Source of the DNA: Actinomycetota bacterium
GTDB lineage: Bacteria > Actinomycetota > Actinomycetes > Actinomycetales > Microbacteriaceae
Length of the DNA stretch: 42,098 nucleotides
Direction: 5' to 3'
Assembly (NCBI GenBank): GCA_041180205.1
Contig: JBEGRX010000001.1
Span: forward strand, 1-42,098
Shown here: piece after piece, positions 27,831 to 38,518 of the stretch
Position numbering within the stretch: the stretch's first letter is position 1
How the letters are laid out: the number at the start of each line of letters is the position of its first letter
Translations under genes and position numbers: made by a program
The notes under the pieces: generated by a model
Databases searched by the model: none
Seen by the model: only the letters and a program-made list of their open reading frames with translations
Told to the model about the DNA's origin: nothing

Positions 27831-29285
27831 ATGTCCCAAACCCTAACTCAGTTTGATTTCAAGGTCGCTGACCTATCGCTAGCCGAATCCGGCAGACACC
27901 AGATTCGTCTTGCCGAAGCCGAAATGCCGGGCCTGATGGCATTGCGCAAGGAGTTCGGTTCATCGCAACCATTGAAGGGCGCTCGCATTGCGGGATCGCT
28001 TCACATGACAGTGCAGACTGCTGTGTTGATCGAGACCCTCAGGGCGCTGGGCGCTTCGGTGCGCTGGGCAAGTTGCAATATTTACTCAACTCAGGATGAG
28101 GCCGCTGCCGCAGTTGTGGTCGGCACTGGCACCACCGAGCAACCAAACGGGACTCCAGTATTCGCCTGGAAGGGCGAGAACTTAGAGGAGTACTGGTGGT
28201 GCACCGAGAAGATTTTTGACTTTTCTTCCGAGGGATTCGATGGCCCAAATCTGATCTTGGATGACGGTGGCGACGCCACCCTATTGGTTCACAAGGGAGT
28301 CGAGTTTGAGGCTGCCGGGTCGGTGCCTCCTTCGGGGCTGGATGATTCCGAAGAGTATCGAGTGATTCTTGAGGTGCTGCGCGAATCGCTTAAGCGCGAT
28401 TCCAGCTACTTCACCCGCCTTGCCAAGGACATCAAGGGCGTTTCCGAGGAGACCACCACCGGTGTCCACAGATTGTATGAGTTTGCCAAGAACGGCACTT
28501 TGCTGTTTCCAGCCATCAACGTGAACGATGCAGTCACCAAGTCAAAGTTTGACAATAAGTATGGAATTCGCCACTCGCTGCCGGATGGCCTAAACCGAGC
28601 GACCGATGTTCTAATGGGCGGAAAAGTTTGCTTTGTTGCTGGCTATGGCGATGTTGGTAAGGGTTGTGCTGAGGCGCTTCGTGGGCAAGGTGCTCGTGTC
28701 ATCGTGTCTGAAGTTGACCCAATCTGCGCCCTACAGGCAGCCATGGACGGCTTCCAGGTAACCACCCTTGAGGACGTCATCGGGCAGGTTGACATCTTTG
28801 TCACCGCAACCGGAAACGAAAACATCATTCGTCCTCAGCACCTATTGCAGATGAAGAATCTGGCGATTTTGGCAAACGTCGGTCACTTTGACAACGAGAT
28901 TGACATGGCCGGCATTAGCCGCATGTCAGGCGTAGAGAAGCTTGAAATCAAGCCACAGGTTCACGAGTGGCGCTTGCCAAACGGAAATGCGGTTTTGATT
29001 TTGTCGGAGGGTCGTTTGATGAATCTTGGCAATGCCACCGGGCACCCAAGCTTCGTGATGTCAACCTCATTCTCCAATCAGGTGCTGGCTCAAATTGAGC
29101 TTTACTTGCGAGCCAGTGAGTTGGGACTTGGGGTGCACATCATGCCTAAGGAGCTGGATGAGAAGGTCGCCAGGTTGCACTTAGACGCGCTTGGTGTAAA
29201 ACTGACTCAACTATCGGACCGTCAGGCACGATACATTGGTGTAGAGGTAGCGGGCCCTTACAAGGTAGATCACTACCGGTACTAG
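27831..29285 (+). CDS. ahcY: Adenosylhomocysteinase
   Basis: [60 protein letters not shown]. Confidence 0.98.
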   Translation: MSQTLTQFDFKVADLSLAESGRHQIRLAEAEMPGLMALRKEFGSSQPLKGARIAGSLHMTVQTAVLIETLRALGASVRWASCNIYSTQDEAAAAVVVGTGTTEQPNGTPVFAWKGENLEEYWWCTEKIFDFSSEGFDGPNLILDDGGDATLLVHKGVEFEAAGSVPPSGLDDSEEYRVILEVLRESLKRDSSYFTRLAKDIKGVSEETTTGVHRLYEFAKNGTLLFPAINVNDAVTKSKFDNKYGIRHSLPDGLNRATDVLMGGKVCFVAGYGDVGKGCAEALRGQGARVIVSEVDPICALQAAMDGFQVTTLEDVIGQVDIFVTATGNENIIRPQHLLQMKNLAILANVGHFDNEIDMAGISRMSGVEKLEIKPQVHEWRLPNGNAVLILSEGRLMNLGNATGHPSFVMSTSFSNQVLAQIELYLRASELGLGVHIMPKELDEKVARLHLDALGVKLTQLSDRQARYIGVEVAGPYKVDHYRY

Positions 29286-29299
29286 CTGGAGGTTGTGCA

Positions 29300-29980
29300 G
29301 TGTCAAACAAGATTCTTGTCGTTGACGATGATGATGCACTGCGCGAAATGGTTGGTCTGGTCCTAAACGCCGCTGGCTATCAGACCGTCTTCGCAGCCGA
29401 TGGGCTCAGTGCTGTTGAGGTCTTCAAAAAAGAAGATCCAGACCTAGTGCTATTAGACATCATGTTGCCAGGACAATCTGGCATCGAGGTTTGCAAACAG
29501 CTCCGTGTGCTCAGCGGTACTCCGATCGTTATGCTCACCGCCAAGGGCGACACCGAAGATGTCGTGTTCGGGCTTGAGGCGGGCGCAGATGACTACGTTG
29601 TGAAGCCGCACAATGGTGCGGAGCTTTTGGCTCGAATCAAAGCCCGACTTCGCCCGGTGGCGGAAGACGGTGGCATCATCACGGTTGGCGAACTAACCAT
29701 GGATCCGCGCTCCTACGAGGTGAAGCGCGCCGGGGTGAGAATTTCGCTGACGCCACTTGAATTCAAATTGCTGCACACCTTGGCTGTAAAGCCACAGCAG
29801 GTATTCTCGCGCGAGATGCTTCTGGAGCAGGTCTGGGGCTACCAGTACAAGGCTGACACCCGCTTGGTCAACGTTCACGTGCAGCGTTTGAGGTCCAAGG
29901 TTGAAGAGGATCCAGAAAATCCAAAGATTGTCACCACGGTTCGCGGCCACGGATATCGGGCTGGTAACGACACTCCGTGA
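29300..29980 (+). CDS. mtrA: Response regulator MtrA
   Basis: OmpR type; LLDIMLPG, VWGY..ADTRLVNVHVQRLRSKVE signature; precedes mtrB-lpqB. Confidence 0.95.
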   Translation: MSNKILVVDDDDALREMVGLVLNAAGYQTVFAADGLSAVEVFKKEDPDLVLLDIMLPGQSGIEVCKQLRVLSGTPIVMLTAKGDTEDVVFGLEAGADDYVVKPHNGAELLARIKARLRPVAEDGGIITVGELTMDPRSYEVKRAGVRISLTPLEFKLLHTLAVKPQQVFSREMLLEQVWGYQYKADTRLVNVHVQRLRSKVEEDPENPKIVTTVRGHGYRAGNDTP

Positions 29981-31518
29981 TCTCCCTGCTCAGACGGTCC
30001 CTTACCGCTAGGACCGTATTTGCCACAGTAACCCTGAGCGCTATCGCGCTGGCAACCCTGGGGGGATTTCTCTCTTTCTCGCTGGCGAATAACTTCTTCC
30101 AAAACCGACTAAGCCAGGTGCTCAGTGAAACCGAACGCGCTGTATCTTCGGTACAGGGCACCGTGGCAGCCGCTTCGCTGGCCGATGAAACCGCGCTGCA
30201 GACGCTAATAAATTCAGTAGTACCGTCGCTCGAGGTTTCCGGAGTATCTGGTGCCAGGCAGGTTGCGCTGCTACGAAGCCCGGGGCAGCCTCAGCTGCAG
30301 CTCTTTCAGTCGCCGATCTCCCAAGACTTAGACCTTGCCACCATCCCTGGTGAGTTGCGGGAGGCGGTTAGAGCATCGGATGGTGTACTTACCTACACCT
30401 CGGTGTCATTGGTTCGCGAGGGTCTCATCGTGCCTGGCATTACAGTTGGGGCCCCAATCACGCTGCCACTAGCGGGGGATTTCGAGCTGTATTTGGTATT
30501 TGACTTAGGGCCAGAGCAGCAAGCCCTCGCTACTGTGCAGCGAGCACTTGCGGTAGGTGGAGTCGTGCTTTTGGTGGTGATTTCTCTAGTTAGCTACTTC
30601 GTCACCAGAACCATCGTTAAGCCCGTGGAGCAGGCGGCATCGGTAGCGGAGTCGCTCTCGGAAGGCCAGTTGGATGTGCGTCTTCCGGAGAAGGGCGCCG
30701 ATGTGATGGCGGTTTTGGCTCGTTCGTTCAACAAGATGGCAAATAGCCTGCAGCAGCAAATCCAGCAGCTGGACTCACTCTCGCGCATGCAGCGCAGATT
30801 TGTTTCTGACGTTTCGCACGAGCTCCGCACACCGATGACCACCATCAAACTGGCCGGTGAGGTAATTTTTGGCAACCGCGACAAGCTTGACCCATCACTC
30901 TCGCGATCTGCCGAGCTAATGCAGAATCAGATTTCTCGCTTTGAAGAACTGCTGGCTGACCTGCTTGAAATTTCCCGCTATGACGCCGGAGCGGTCACGG
31001 CGGATCTCGAGCTGCACGACCTAAATGCTGTGGTTGGAGCCGCCATCGCCAGCATCGAACCACTTGCTAAAAGCAAACAGACGGAGATTCAGGTTCGGTT
31101 GCCGGCTGGAAATGTCGAGGCCGAATTCGATGCCAAGCGAATCGAGAGATTGCTGCGCAATCTGCTGTCGAATGCGGTTGAACACGGCGAGGGAAGGCCA
31201 ATTGTGGTCGAAGTTGGATCAAATGCCCAGGCGGTTGCGGTGTGTGTTACCGATCAGGGCGTTGGCATGACCAAGCAGCAGTTAGAGCGCATCTTTGACC
31301 GCTTCTGGCGGGCGGACCCAGCTCGCCAGCGCTCTGTAGGTGGAACAGGTTTGGGGCTCGCTATTTCAAAGGAAGATGCAATTTTGCACCGTGGTTGGTT
31401 GCAGGTTTGGTCAAAGCCAAATCGAGGGTCAAGCTTTAGGCTCACTCTCCCCAACAACGCAAACGCGGTAATAGCTAACTCGCCACTGCCACTGCCTCCG
31501 CGAACCATGGAGGGCTAA
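29977..31518 (+). CDS. mtrB: Sensor kinase MtrB
   Basis: Two TMs, HAMP, QRRFVSDVSHELRTP, LLEISRYDAG, FDRFWRADPAR, GGTGLGL. Confidence 0.95.
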   Translation: MISLLRRSLTARTVFATVTLSAIALATLGGFLSFSLANNFFQNRLSQVLSETERAVSSVQGTVAAASLADETALQTLINSVVPSLEVSGVSGARQVALLRSPGQPQLQLFQSPISQDLDLATIPGELREAVRASDGVLTYTSVSLVREGLIVPGITVGAPITLPLAGDFELYLVFDLGPEQQALATVQRALAVGGVVLLVVISLVSYFVTRTIVKPVEQAASVAESLSEGQLDVRLPEKGADVMAVLARSFNKMANSLQQQIQQLDSLSRMQRRFVSDVSHELRTPMTTIKLAGEVIFGNRDKLDPSLSRSAELMQNQISRFEELLADLLEISRYDAGAVTADLELHDLNAVVGAAIASIEPLAKSKQTEIQVRLPAGNVEAEFDAKRIERLLRNLLSNAVEHGEGRPIVVEVGSNAQAVAVCVTDQGVGMTKQQLERIFDRFWRADPARQRSVGGTGLGLAISKEDAILHRGWLQVWSKPNRGSSFRLTLPNNANAVIANSPLPLPPRTMEG

Positions 31519-33173
31519 TGAGGAAGTTATTTGCCTTGGGGCTTAGCTTGGCGCTGCTTACCGGTTGCGCACAGCTGCCCACAGCAGTCAACATTAAAAG
31601 CGGGCCAGAGTTGGTTGCACCCGAGGAGGTTGATTTCAGCTACTACGTCCCCACTGGCCCCTCGGATGACCAGACGCAACAGGAAATTGTCTCTGGCTTT
31701 CTGGCTGCCGGCACCGGGCCACAAAACGATTATTCGGTGGCCCGCGAGTTTCTAACGGCAGAGTTTGCACAGCGTTGGAACCCGGCCGGAGAGGTTTTGA
31801 TCCGCGATGGCGCACCCGGCTTTACCCCAACCGGCGATAGCTCGCTCCTGGTTGACGTTCGAGTTGGCGCGGTGGTTGATGAGCATGGTCGATACCAGGA
31901 AAACCTCGAACCCGAGCAGGCAACCTTGCGCTTCACCTTGGAGCGAGAAAATGGCCAGTGGCGAATTGCAAACGCTCCCAATTTGACTGTCGTGACCGCG
32001 CCGGTTTTCTCAGTGGTATTCAATCCATTTCAGGTCTACTTCTACAACAACACTCAAAACGCACTGGTGTCGGATGTCAGATGGTTCCCCTCACGAGCTT
32101 CCACTGGAACCAAGCTGGTAAACGCACTGCTGGCAGGCCCATCACCTCACCTGGCTCAGGGCGTCACGACAACAATCCCTAGCGGCACAAAATTGACCAT
32201 CGACGCGGTGAACGTGGTAGACGGTGTTGCGCAGGTTGATTTTGACTCGACCGCCCTCGAGGCGGATGCTCTAGAGCGCAGGCTGATGCTCACCCAGTTG
32301 CGGGCAACTTTGATGCAGCTGGTTGGGGTCAACGATGTTCAGGTTTCCATCAACAACTCACCTCAGGAGATTGTGCCTGCGAATTTGCAAACCGCGTCCG
32401 TTGGAGGCGCTGCCTTTTATCTCAGGAGCACCGGAATCTATCGGGTCACCGGAACCAATGACACCGTGATTCGAGGCACCGCAGGTTTTGTGAATCCAGA
32501 GTCTGTAACTGCTTTCGATGTCACCGAAGACGGTAACTGGCTCGCCTATGCCAACTCGGCGGGCATAACCATGGTGAACAATACGGGTTTGTCTGGCCGC
32601 AACGAATTGGTTTCATTGCGTCAAGATTTCAGCAGTTTGTTTTTCGATCACTACGGCTATCTTTGGGTGATTCCGCGCGTCGGCAGTGAGCCAATTGAAG
32701 TCATCTCAAAATCTGGCGAACGCAAGTATTTATTTGACACCTCGGCTGGAACCCGTGGCAAGGTCAGGATTAGTCCAGATGGTGCTCTGATTGCCGGCCT
32801 TGAAATCGGCGAGCCTAGCCGAATAAGGACCCATTTAGTTTCCCGCGACCTAGCGGGCTGGCCAATCAAGCTAAGCCAAGGAGGTTTCCTGCATACCTCG
32901 ATCGGTGATGTCATATCCTTCAGTTGGCAAAGCGCAGACACTCTCCGAGTGCTTGAGGCAACCAGTTCAGGGATGACCTCAATAAGTGACTACCCGATTA
33001 CCGGACCTCGAGCCCAGTTAAGCATTCCGCCGATTAACGGAACCGACATTTTCACCGGAACCTCTGGTCTTTCGACCTATCTGATCGGACAAAATGGCGA
33101 GGTTTGGGTGCTAACTGGCAGTGCTTGGCGCAGGGTAGTCGCCGACGCATTACTACTTGCAACGAACGACTAA
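31518..33173 (+). CDS. lpqB: Lipoprotein LpqB (GerMN + propeller)
   Basis: Lipobox LTGC, IVSGFL, AREFLT..W.P, GQWRI, DVRWF, LLAGPS; third gene of the mtrAB operon. Confidence 0.9.
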   Translation: MRKLFALGLSLALLTGCAQLPTAVNIKSGPELVAPEEVDFSYYVPTGPSDDQTQQEIVSGFLAAGTGPQNDYSVAREFLTAEFAQRWNPAGEVLIRDGAPGFTPTGDSSLLVDVRVGAVVDEHGRYQENLEPEQATLRFTLERENGQWRIANAPNLTVVTAPVFSVVFNPFQVYFYNNTQNALVSDVRWFPSRASTGTKLVNALLAGPSPHLAQGVTTTIPSGTKLTIDAVNVVDGVAQVDFDSTALEADALERRLMLTQLRATLMQLVGVNDVQVSINNSPQEIVPANLQTASVGGAAFYLRSTGIYRVTGTNDTVIRGTAGFVNPESVTAFDVTEDGNWLAYANSAGITMVNNTGLSGRNELVSLRQDFSSLFFDHYGYLWVIPRVGSEPIEVISKSGERKYLFDTSAGTRGKVRISPDGALIAGLEIGEPSRIRTHLVSRDLAGWPIKLSQGGFLHTSIGDVISFSWQSADTLRVLEATSSGMTSISDYPITGPRAQLSIPPINGTDIFTGTSGLSTYLIGQNGEVWVLTGSAWRRVVADALLLATND

Positions 33174-33252
33174 CAACGGCCAAAAGGCGGCAGTTCCTAA
33201 CAGCCAACCGCCAAAGAGTAGTTGAAGCAAAATCTCGATTCAAACTTGCACA

Positions 33253-33870
33253 ATGTTCGGATCTCTGATCGATTTCGTATTTCCTGCCAGCTGCATAGTT
33301 TGCGGCACTGGTTCAAAACAGCTCTGCGATAACTGTCAGCCGCAGTCAAACTGCGTGTCAATTGCAGGTTTTGATTTTCCTGTGACGGGTGGCTTGGTGC
33401 TTGAGGGCGGAGTTGAGAAAATAGTCTCTGGCTACAAGGATCAGCAATTGACCGCCCTTGAAAAGCCTCTAGCCCACTTCGCCTCCGAACTTTTCGCGCT
33501 GCAAGAATTTACAACGATAGACGCGGTCATCACCCCCGCGAGAAATCTAAAAAACTACCGCAAACGCGGTTTTGATCCAGCTCGCAATTTAGCAATCCGG
33601 GCTTTGAAACTAATCAGTGCAAGGGTCCCGGTAATCAGCTTGAGTAATGCCCAGTCCAGATTGGATCAACGCGGATTAGGTAAGCAGCAGCGCCTTCAAA
33701 ACGTGCAGGGCACGATGGTGCTGAGGCAGCCTGGGCTCCAACGAGTTGCGCTGTTTGACGATGTCATGACCACCGGAGCCACGGTTAAAGAGATGGCAAG
33801 AGCCTGCCAGATGGCTGGGGTCGAAATTGCTTTTTGCTGTGTATTGGCTCAAAGAAAATCAAATATTTGA
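33253..33870 (+). CDS. comF: ComF-family phosphoribosyltransferase-like protein
   Basis: CxxC..CxxC zinc ribbon, RGF motif, DDVMTTGAT PRPP loop; conserved position before hpf. Confidence 0.85.
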   Translation: MFGSLIDFVFPASCIVCGTGSKQLCDNCQPQSNCVSIAGFDFPVTGGLVLEGGVEKIVSGYKDQQLTALEKPLAHFASELFALQEFTTIDAVITPARNLKNYRKRGFDPARNLAIRALKLISARVPVISLSNAQSRLDQRGLGKQQRLQNVQGTMVLRQPGLQRVALFDDVMTTGATVKEMARACQMAGVEIAFCCVLAQRKSNI

Positions 33871-33936
33871 CATCTGCAATTGCAAAAAGGCGTATGTTGT
33901 TTTCAAGGGCAGAGCCGCTCTTAGACGGAGGTAAAA

Positions 33937-34557
33937 ATGGAACTCAAAATATCCGCAAAGAACCTCAATGTCTCGGATCGATTCCGAGATTATGTCGCAG
34001 AGAAAGCCGGAAAAATCGACCGGTACACCCACAAGCCCGAAGAACTTCACATCAAGGTAACTCGCCAAGAACACAGCAAGACTGCGGGCTCAGAAGATCA
34101 GGTCGAACTGACTGTCTATGAGCCTGGACACATCGTGAGAGCCGAGGCCCGCGCCAGCGACAAATTTGCCGCCTTTGACATCGCATTTGGCAAATTGGTC
34201 GAGAGGCTTCGCAGATACTCCGATAAGCACAAGGTGCACCGGGGTGGTGGGCACAAAAACCCATCGGCGAGTGAACTTTCCGCATCTGACTTTGCATCAT
34301 TAGACATCACCCCGGCGGACCACGATCTACTGCTTGGCAAGACTCAGGGTGAAATAGAGCAATCAGATGAGCCATATTCTCCGGTAGTAATTAAATCCAA
34401 AGAATTCCAGAGCCATCCAATGACTAGGGAGGAAGCTGTCAGCCACATGGAGTTGGTGGGGCACGATTTCTACTTGTTTATGGATTCCGAGACCGCCCGC
34501 CCGGCAGTGGTATACCGACGCAAGGGCTGGAACTACGGAGTTATCTCTCTGACCTAG
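33937..34557 (+). CDS. hpf: Ribosome hibernation promoting factor (long HPF)
   Basis: [56 protein letters not shown] upstream. Confidence 0.95.
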   Translation: MELKISAKNLNVSDRFRDYVAEKAGKIDRYTHKPEELHIKVTRQEHSKTAGSEDQVELTVYEPGHIVRAEARASDKFAAFDIAFGKLVERLRRYSDKHKVHRGGGHKNPSASELSASDFASLDITPADHDLLLGKTQGEIEQSDEPYSPVVIKSKEFQSHPMTREEAVSHMELVGHDFYLFMDSETARPAVVYRRKGWNYGVISLT

Positions 34558-34607
34558 TGATCCGCCCATCACGGGTAGAATTACAGGCATTAACCAAGGA
34601 GTTTCTA

Positions 34608-37262
34608 TTGGCGTCGATTATTGACAAATTGCTTCGCGCGGGCGAGGGAAGACTGCTCAGAAAGTTGCAGTCGATTGCCGCAGAGGTAAATGCGCTGGAG
34701 CCCAACTTCCAGGCCTTGACCGACGACGAATTACATGGCGAGACCGCCGCACTGCGTCAGCGTTTTTCCGAAGGCGAGAGTCTTGATGATTTGCTTCCCG
34801 AGGCTTTCGCGGCTGTTCGTGAGGCATCGGTTAGAACCCTTGGAATGCGCCACTTTGACGTGCAGCTCATGGGTGGAGCAGCCCTTCACCTGGGGAATAT
34901 CGCCGAAATGAAAACCGGTGAGGGTAAGACTTTGGTTGCGACCTTGGCGGCTTATTTGAACGCCATTCCAGGTCGCGGTGTGCACGTGGTCACCGTGAAC
35001 GACTTCTTGGCCGGCTACCAGTCGGAGTTGATGGGTCGCATCTTCCGTGCCTTGGGCATGACCACCGGCTGCATCCTTGGCGGCCAGGACCCAGCCCAGC
35101 GTCGCGAGATGTATGCCTGTGACATCACCTACGGCACCAACAACGAATTTGGTTTTGACTACCTGCGCGACAACATGGCGCTAAACAGCCAGGACCTGGT
35201 GCAGCGCGGACACTTTTTCGCAATCGTCGACGAGGTGGACTCCATCTTGATCGATGAGGCCAGAACTCCTCTGATCATTTCAGGCCCGGCAGCAGCAGAT
35301 GTTAACCGCTGGTTCGGCGTCTTTGCCAAGTTGGCGCAGACTCTGCAAATCGATGTTGACTACGAGGTCGATGAGAAAAAACGCACCGTCGGTGTGCTGG
35401 AGGCAGGAATCGACAAGGTTGAGGACTACCTGGGCATCACCAATCTTTACGAGACTGCAAATACCCCGCTAATTTCCTTCCTCAACAACTCGATCCGCGC
35501 CAAGGAACTTTTCCGCAAGGACCGTGATTACGTGATCGTAAACGGTGAGGTGCAGATCGTTGACGAGCACACCGGGCGTCTATTGCCAGGTCGTCGTTAC
35601 AACGAGGGCATGCACCAGGCGATCGAGGCTAAAGAGGGTGTCGCGATTAAGGCTGAGAACCAAACTCTCGCCACCGTTACCCTGCAGAACTACTTCAGGC
35701 TCTACGAGAAGCTCTCTGGTATGACCGGTACAGCTGAGACCGAGGCGGCCGAGTTCATGTCCACCTACAAGTTGGGCGTTGTGCCGATTCCAACCAACAA
35801 GCCGATGGTTCGAATTGACCAGTCCGACCTGATCTTCAAAAACGAAGAGGTCAAGTTCCACATGGTGGTGCAGGACATCGCCGAGCGTCACGCCAAAGGT
35901 CAGCCTATTTTGGTGGGAACCACCAGCGTCGAGAAGAGCGAATACCTCTCCAAGCTGCTCGCCAAGGCAGGCATCAAGCACGAGGTGCTGAACGCCAAAA
36001 ACAATGCCCGCGAGGCAGTGATTGTTGCCCAGGCCGGTCGCTTTGGTGCGGTAACAGTGGCAACCAACATGGCTGGACGTGGTACCGACATCATGCTCGG
36101 TGGAAACGCAGAATTCCTGGCGGTGCAGGAAATGCACAAGCTCGGACTCGATCCAGAAGAGCAGGCCGACCAGTACGAAGAAGCTTGGGATGAAATCTTC
36201 ACCAAGGTCAAGCAAGAGGTAGCCAAAGAGGCCGAGCGCGTGCTCGAAGTCGGCGGCCTCTATGTTTTGGGAACCGAGCGTCACGAGTCTCGTCGCATCG
36301 ATAACCAGCTGCGTGGTCGATCCGGTCGTCAGGGAGACCCGGGTGAGTCAAGGTTCTACCTATCTTTGACCGATGACCTGATGCGACTTTTTAATTCTGG
36401 CGCTGCCGCTGCGCTAATGAACCGTTCATCGGTTCCTGACGACTCAGCAATTGAGTCCAAGATGGTGTCTCGCGCCATCGCATCGGCCCAAGGTCAGGTT
36501 GAGGGCCGCAACGCAGAGATTCGAAAGAACATCCTCAAATATGACGATGTAATGAACCGTCAGCGTGAAGCAATCTATGCCGACCGCCGACAGATTCTCA
36601 AAGGCGAGGATATCTCCGCCACCTTCCACTCCTTCCTGGAGGAGACCGTCAAAGACATCGTTGCGGTCAACCTTCCAGAGGGCGGAAGTCAAGACTGGGA
36701 CCTCGAGCAGCTCTGGGTTCAGCTAAAGCAGATATACCCAATCGGCATTGATATTGCGGAGGTCATCGAGGCGGCTGGCTCGCGAGCCAAGCTGACTCGT
36801 AACTGGCTAATTGAAGAGATCTTGTCCGATGCTCGCATTGCTTACACAAACCGCACCAGAGAGGTCGGCGAAGAGGTTATGCGCGAACTTGAGCGTCGAG
36901 TAATGCTCTCAGTTATCGACCGCAAGTGGCGTGACCACCTCTACGAGATGGACTACCTGAAGGAGGGTATTGGCCTGCGCGCTATGGCGCAGCGTGATCC
37001 TTTGGTGGAGTACCAGCGTGAAGGTTATGGCATGTTTATCGACATGATGGCTGGTATTCGTGAGGAAGCTGTTCAGTTCCTATTCAACATCGAGTTAAAG
37101 CAAGCCGAGCCTCAGGTTCAGGTCCAACAACCTCAGCAGCTGACCTTCAGCGCTCCTGATGAACAGGGCGATGTTGATTCGCACAAAGAGCAGAACCCGG
37201 TAGCTTCACAAGCGCAGAAACCAAAGCAGGGTGGCTCGGGAAGCGCGTTCTTTAAGAACTAG
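34608..37262 (+). CDS. secA: Preprotein translocase ATPase SecA
   Basis: [52 protein letters not shown]. Start placed at TTG 34608 after AAGGAG. Confidence 0.98.
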   Translation: MASIIDKLLRAGEGRLLRKLQSIAAEVNALEPNFQALTDDELHGETAALRQRFSEGESLDDLLPEAFAAVREASVRTLGMRHFDVQLMGGAALHLGNIAEMKTGEGKTLVATLAAYLNAIPGRGVHVVTVNDFLAGYQSELMGRIFRALGMTTGCILGGQDPAQRREMYACDITYGTNNEFGFDYLRDNMALNSQDLVQRGHFFAIVDEVDSILIDEARTPLIISGPAAADVNRWFGVFAKLAQTLQIDVDYEVDEKKRTVGVLEAGIDKVEDYLGITNLYETANTPLISFLNNSIRAKELFRKDRDYVIVNGEVQIVDEHTGRLLPGRRYNEGMHQAIEAKEGVAIKAENQTLATVTLQNYFRLYEKLSGMTGTAETEAAEFMSTYKLGVVPIPTNKPMVRIDQSDLIFKNEEVKFHMVVQDIAERHAKGQPILVGTTSVEKSEYLSKLLAKAGIKHEVLNAKNNAREAVIVAQAGRFGAVTVATNMAGRGTDIMLGGNAEFLAVQEMHKLGLDPEEQADQYEEAWDEIFTKVKQEVAKEAERVLEVGGLYVLGTERHESRRIDNQLRGRSGRQGDPGESRFYLSLTDDLMRLFNSGAAAALMNRSSVPDDSAIESKMVSRAIASAQGQVEGRNAEIRKNILKYDDVMNRQREAIYADRRQILKGEDISATFHSFLEETVKDIVAVNLPEGGSQDWDLEQLWVQLKQIYPIGIDIAEVIEAAGSRAKLTRNWLIEEILSDARIAYTNRTREVGEEVMRELERRVMLSVIDRKWRDHLYEMDYLKEGIGLRAMAQRDPLVEYQREGYGMFIDMMAGIREEAVQFLFNIELKQAEPQVQVQQPQQLTFSAPDEQGDVDSHKEQNPVASQAQKPKQGGSGSAFFKN

Positions 37263-37618
37263 ATTATTAAAACTTCTGTAATCCGAAATCTCTCGTGAAT
37301 CAGCTCCGCTCTGATTGCGACAGCCTTTGTAGCTCCCGAGACACGCAAGATAACGACCCCGTGAATCCCGTCTGCATCGGTTAGGAATGTCCTACTTTTT
37401 CGAAGAGAAATGTCGGGCCTAGCCTTAGCTCCAGTGATTTGGCGTTGCATGGCCTCACGTTTGGCTCGTTGCGAGATGTCGTAATACGCCTTATCCGAAA
37501 GCCATCTGGCAAGCTGCTCTGGTCTTCGAACGCCCGCAAGAATTTCGATGTATGCCTTTGAAATCTCTGCAAATAGACGAGCGGGATCAAAGTCACTGGA
37601 CATGGTGTCATCGCCCAT
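37259..37618 (-). CDS. Rv3235-family (DUF6459-like) protein
   Basis: [15 protein letters not shown] and AVAIRAE motifs; convergent with secA. ATG 37618 has AAGGAGG 7 nt upstream. Confidence 0.8.
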   Translation of the reverse strand: MGDDTMSSDFDPARLFAEISKAYIEILAGVRRPEQLARWLSDKAYYDISQRAKREAMQRQITGAKARPDISLRKSRTFLTDADGIHGVVILRVSGATKAVAIRAELIHERFRITEVLII

Positions 37619-37699
37619 TTTGAGACCTCCTTGAAAACCATCGGATTCGTGTAAGTCTGGTGTCTGAGTTATTGCTTTCAAAGAGGAGCGACTCGACCC

Positions 37700-37881
37700 T
37701 GTGGATAACTTCATAAACACTGCTTACATGCAAACCAAGCATTTCCCCTACCTAACTGAGCTTCCGAGTCTGACGCTCGGTGCTCTTCGAGTTGGTTAAT
37801 TATCTACGGATAACCGAAGTTATGTGATGAGACTTTGATAACTATGTTCAGCCGTGTCGCCTTGGGAAGGGTTGTGGAAAA
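37700..37881. promoter_or_regulatory. DnaA-box-containing divergent promoter region
   Basis: Perfect TGTGGATAA at 37700-37708; one-mismatch TGTGGAAAA at 37873-37881; two-mismatch TTATCTACG (37800-37808) and TACGGATAA (37805-37813). Confidence 0.6.
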
Positions 37882-37933
37882 CTAAAAACGGAAATTCACA
37901 AAATCCTTCAAGGTCTAACCAAGGAGGGCGCAA

Positions 37934-38518
37934 TTGAACAAAGTTTTCCACCGAAGAGTTTCCTCGTGGACAGTACTGGCAGCGTCGGCTGCGATCGCAC
38001 TTGTAGTTGCAGGGTCGTTGGCATTAAGTCGGCCACTGCCTGAGTATCTTGTGGCAAAAAATGACCTCCCCCCCGGGGAGCGAGTCAGCATTGATGATTT
38101 TTACTTGATGCGTCTCGACCTAGCGAGTGCAGCGGAGAGCTATCTAACTTCCTCCGACTTGGATGGCAACCAGATCGTCTCACAAGTCGTTTTGGGAGGT
38201 GAGCTGCTCACCAGGCGGAGTCTTTCAGACAAAGGGATTCAAGGATTTACAACATTGGTTTTGGAATCTTCGCTGCCGATAAGCAAAAAAGTGTCGCCTG
38301 GTACCTGGGTTCAAATTTGGAGGACGACTTCAACCGCTGTTGGTATGAACGGAGAACTTCTTGTTCCGAAGAGTGAAGTACTCTCCGTCACACAAGATGA
38401 ATCGCTGGGGTCGAACAACCAACGTTGGGTTGAAGTACTCGTTACCCAAGAGCAAGCAAGCCTATTAATCGAGTCCATTGCTGCCGAAATGGATTTGTAT
38501 CTCTTGGTTTCGACATGA
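37934..38518 (+). CDS. Membrane-anchored SAF-domain protein (CpaB/FlgA-like)
   Basis: AAGGAGG then TTG; N-terminal TM, YLVAKNDLPPGE SAF motif, GGELL, PGTWVQIW. Confidence 0.75.
   Translation: MNKVFHRRVSSWTVLAASAAIALVVAGSLALSRPLPEYLVAKNDLPPGERVSIDDFYLMRLDLASAAESYLTSSDLDGNQIVSQVVLGGELLTRRSLSDKGIQGFTTLVLESSLPISKKVSPGTWVQIWRTTSTAVGMNGELLVPKSEVLSVTQDESLGSNNQRWVEVLVTQEQASLLIESIAAEMDLYLLVST

Noticed and set aside
33174-33252. GGCGG...CCGCC inverted repeat after lpqB
   Set aside because: 5-bp stem with a long loop and no U-tract; too weak to call a terminator.
35580-36284. 234-aa ORF antisense to secA
   Set aside because: Lies wholly opposite a highly conserved gene and has no recognisable motif; typical codon-bias shadow ORF.
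37100-37262. SecA lacks the C-terminal zinc-binding motif
   Set aside because: Common among actinobacterial SecA proteins; not unusual.
37619-37933. oriC
   Set aside because: Only one perfect box, no dnaA/dnaN nearby and no clear AT-rich unwinding element; kept as a regulatory finding instead.
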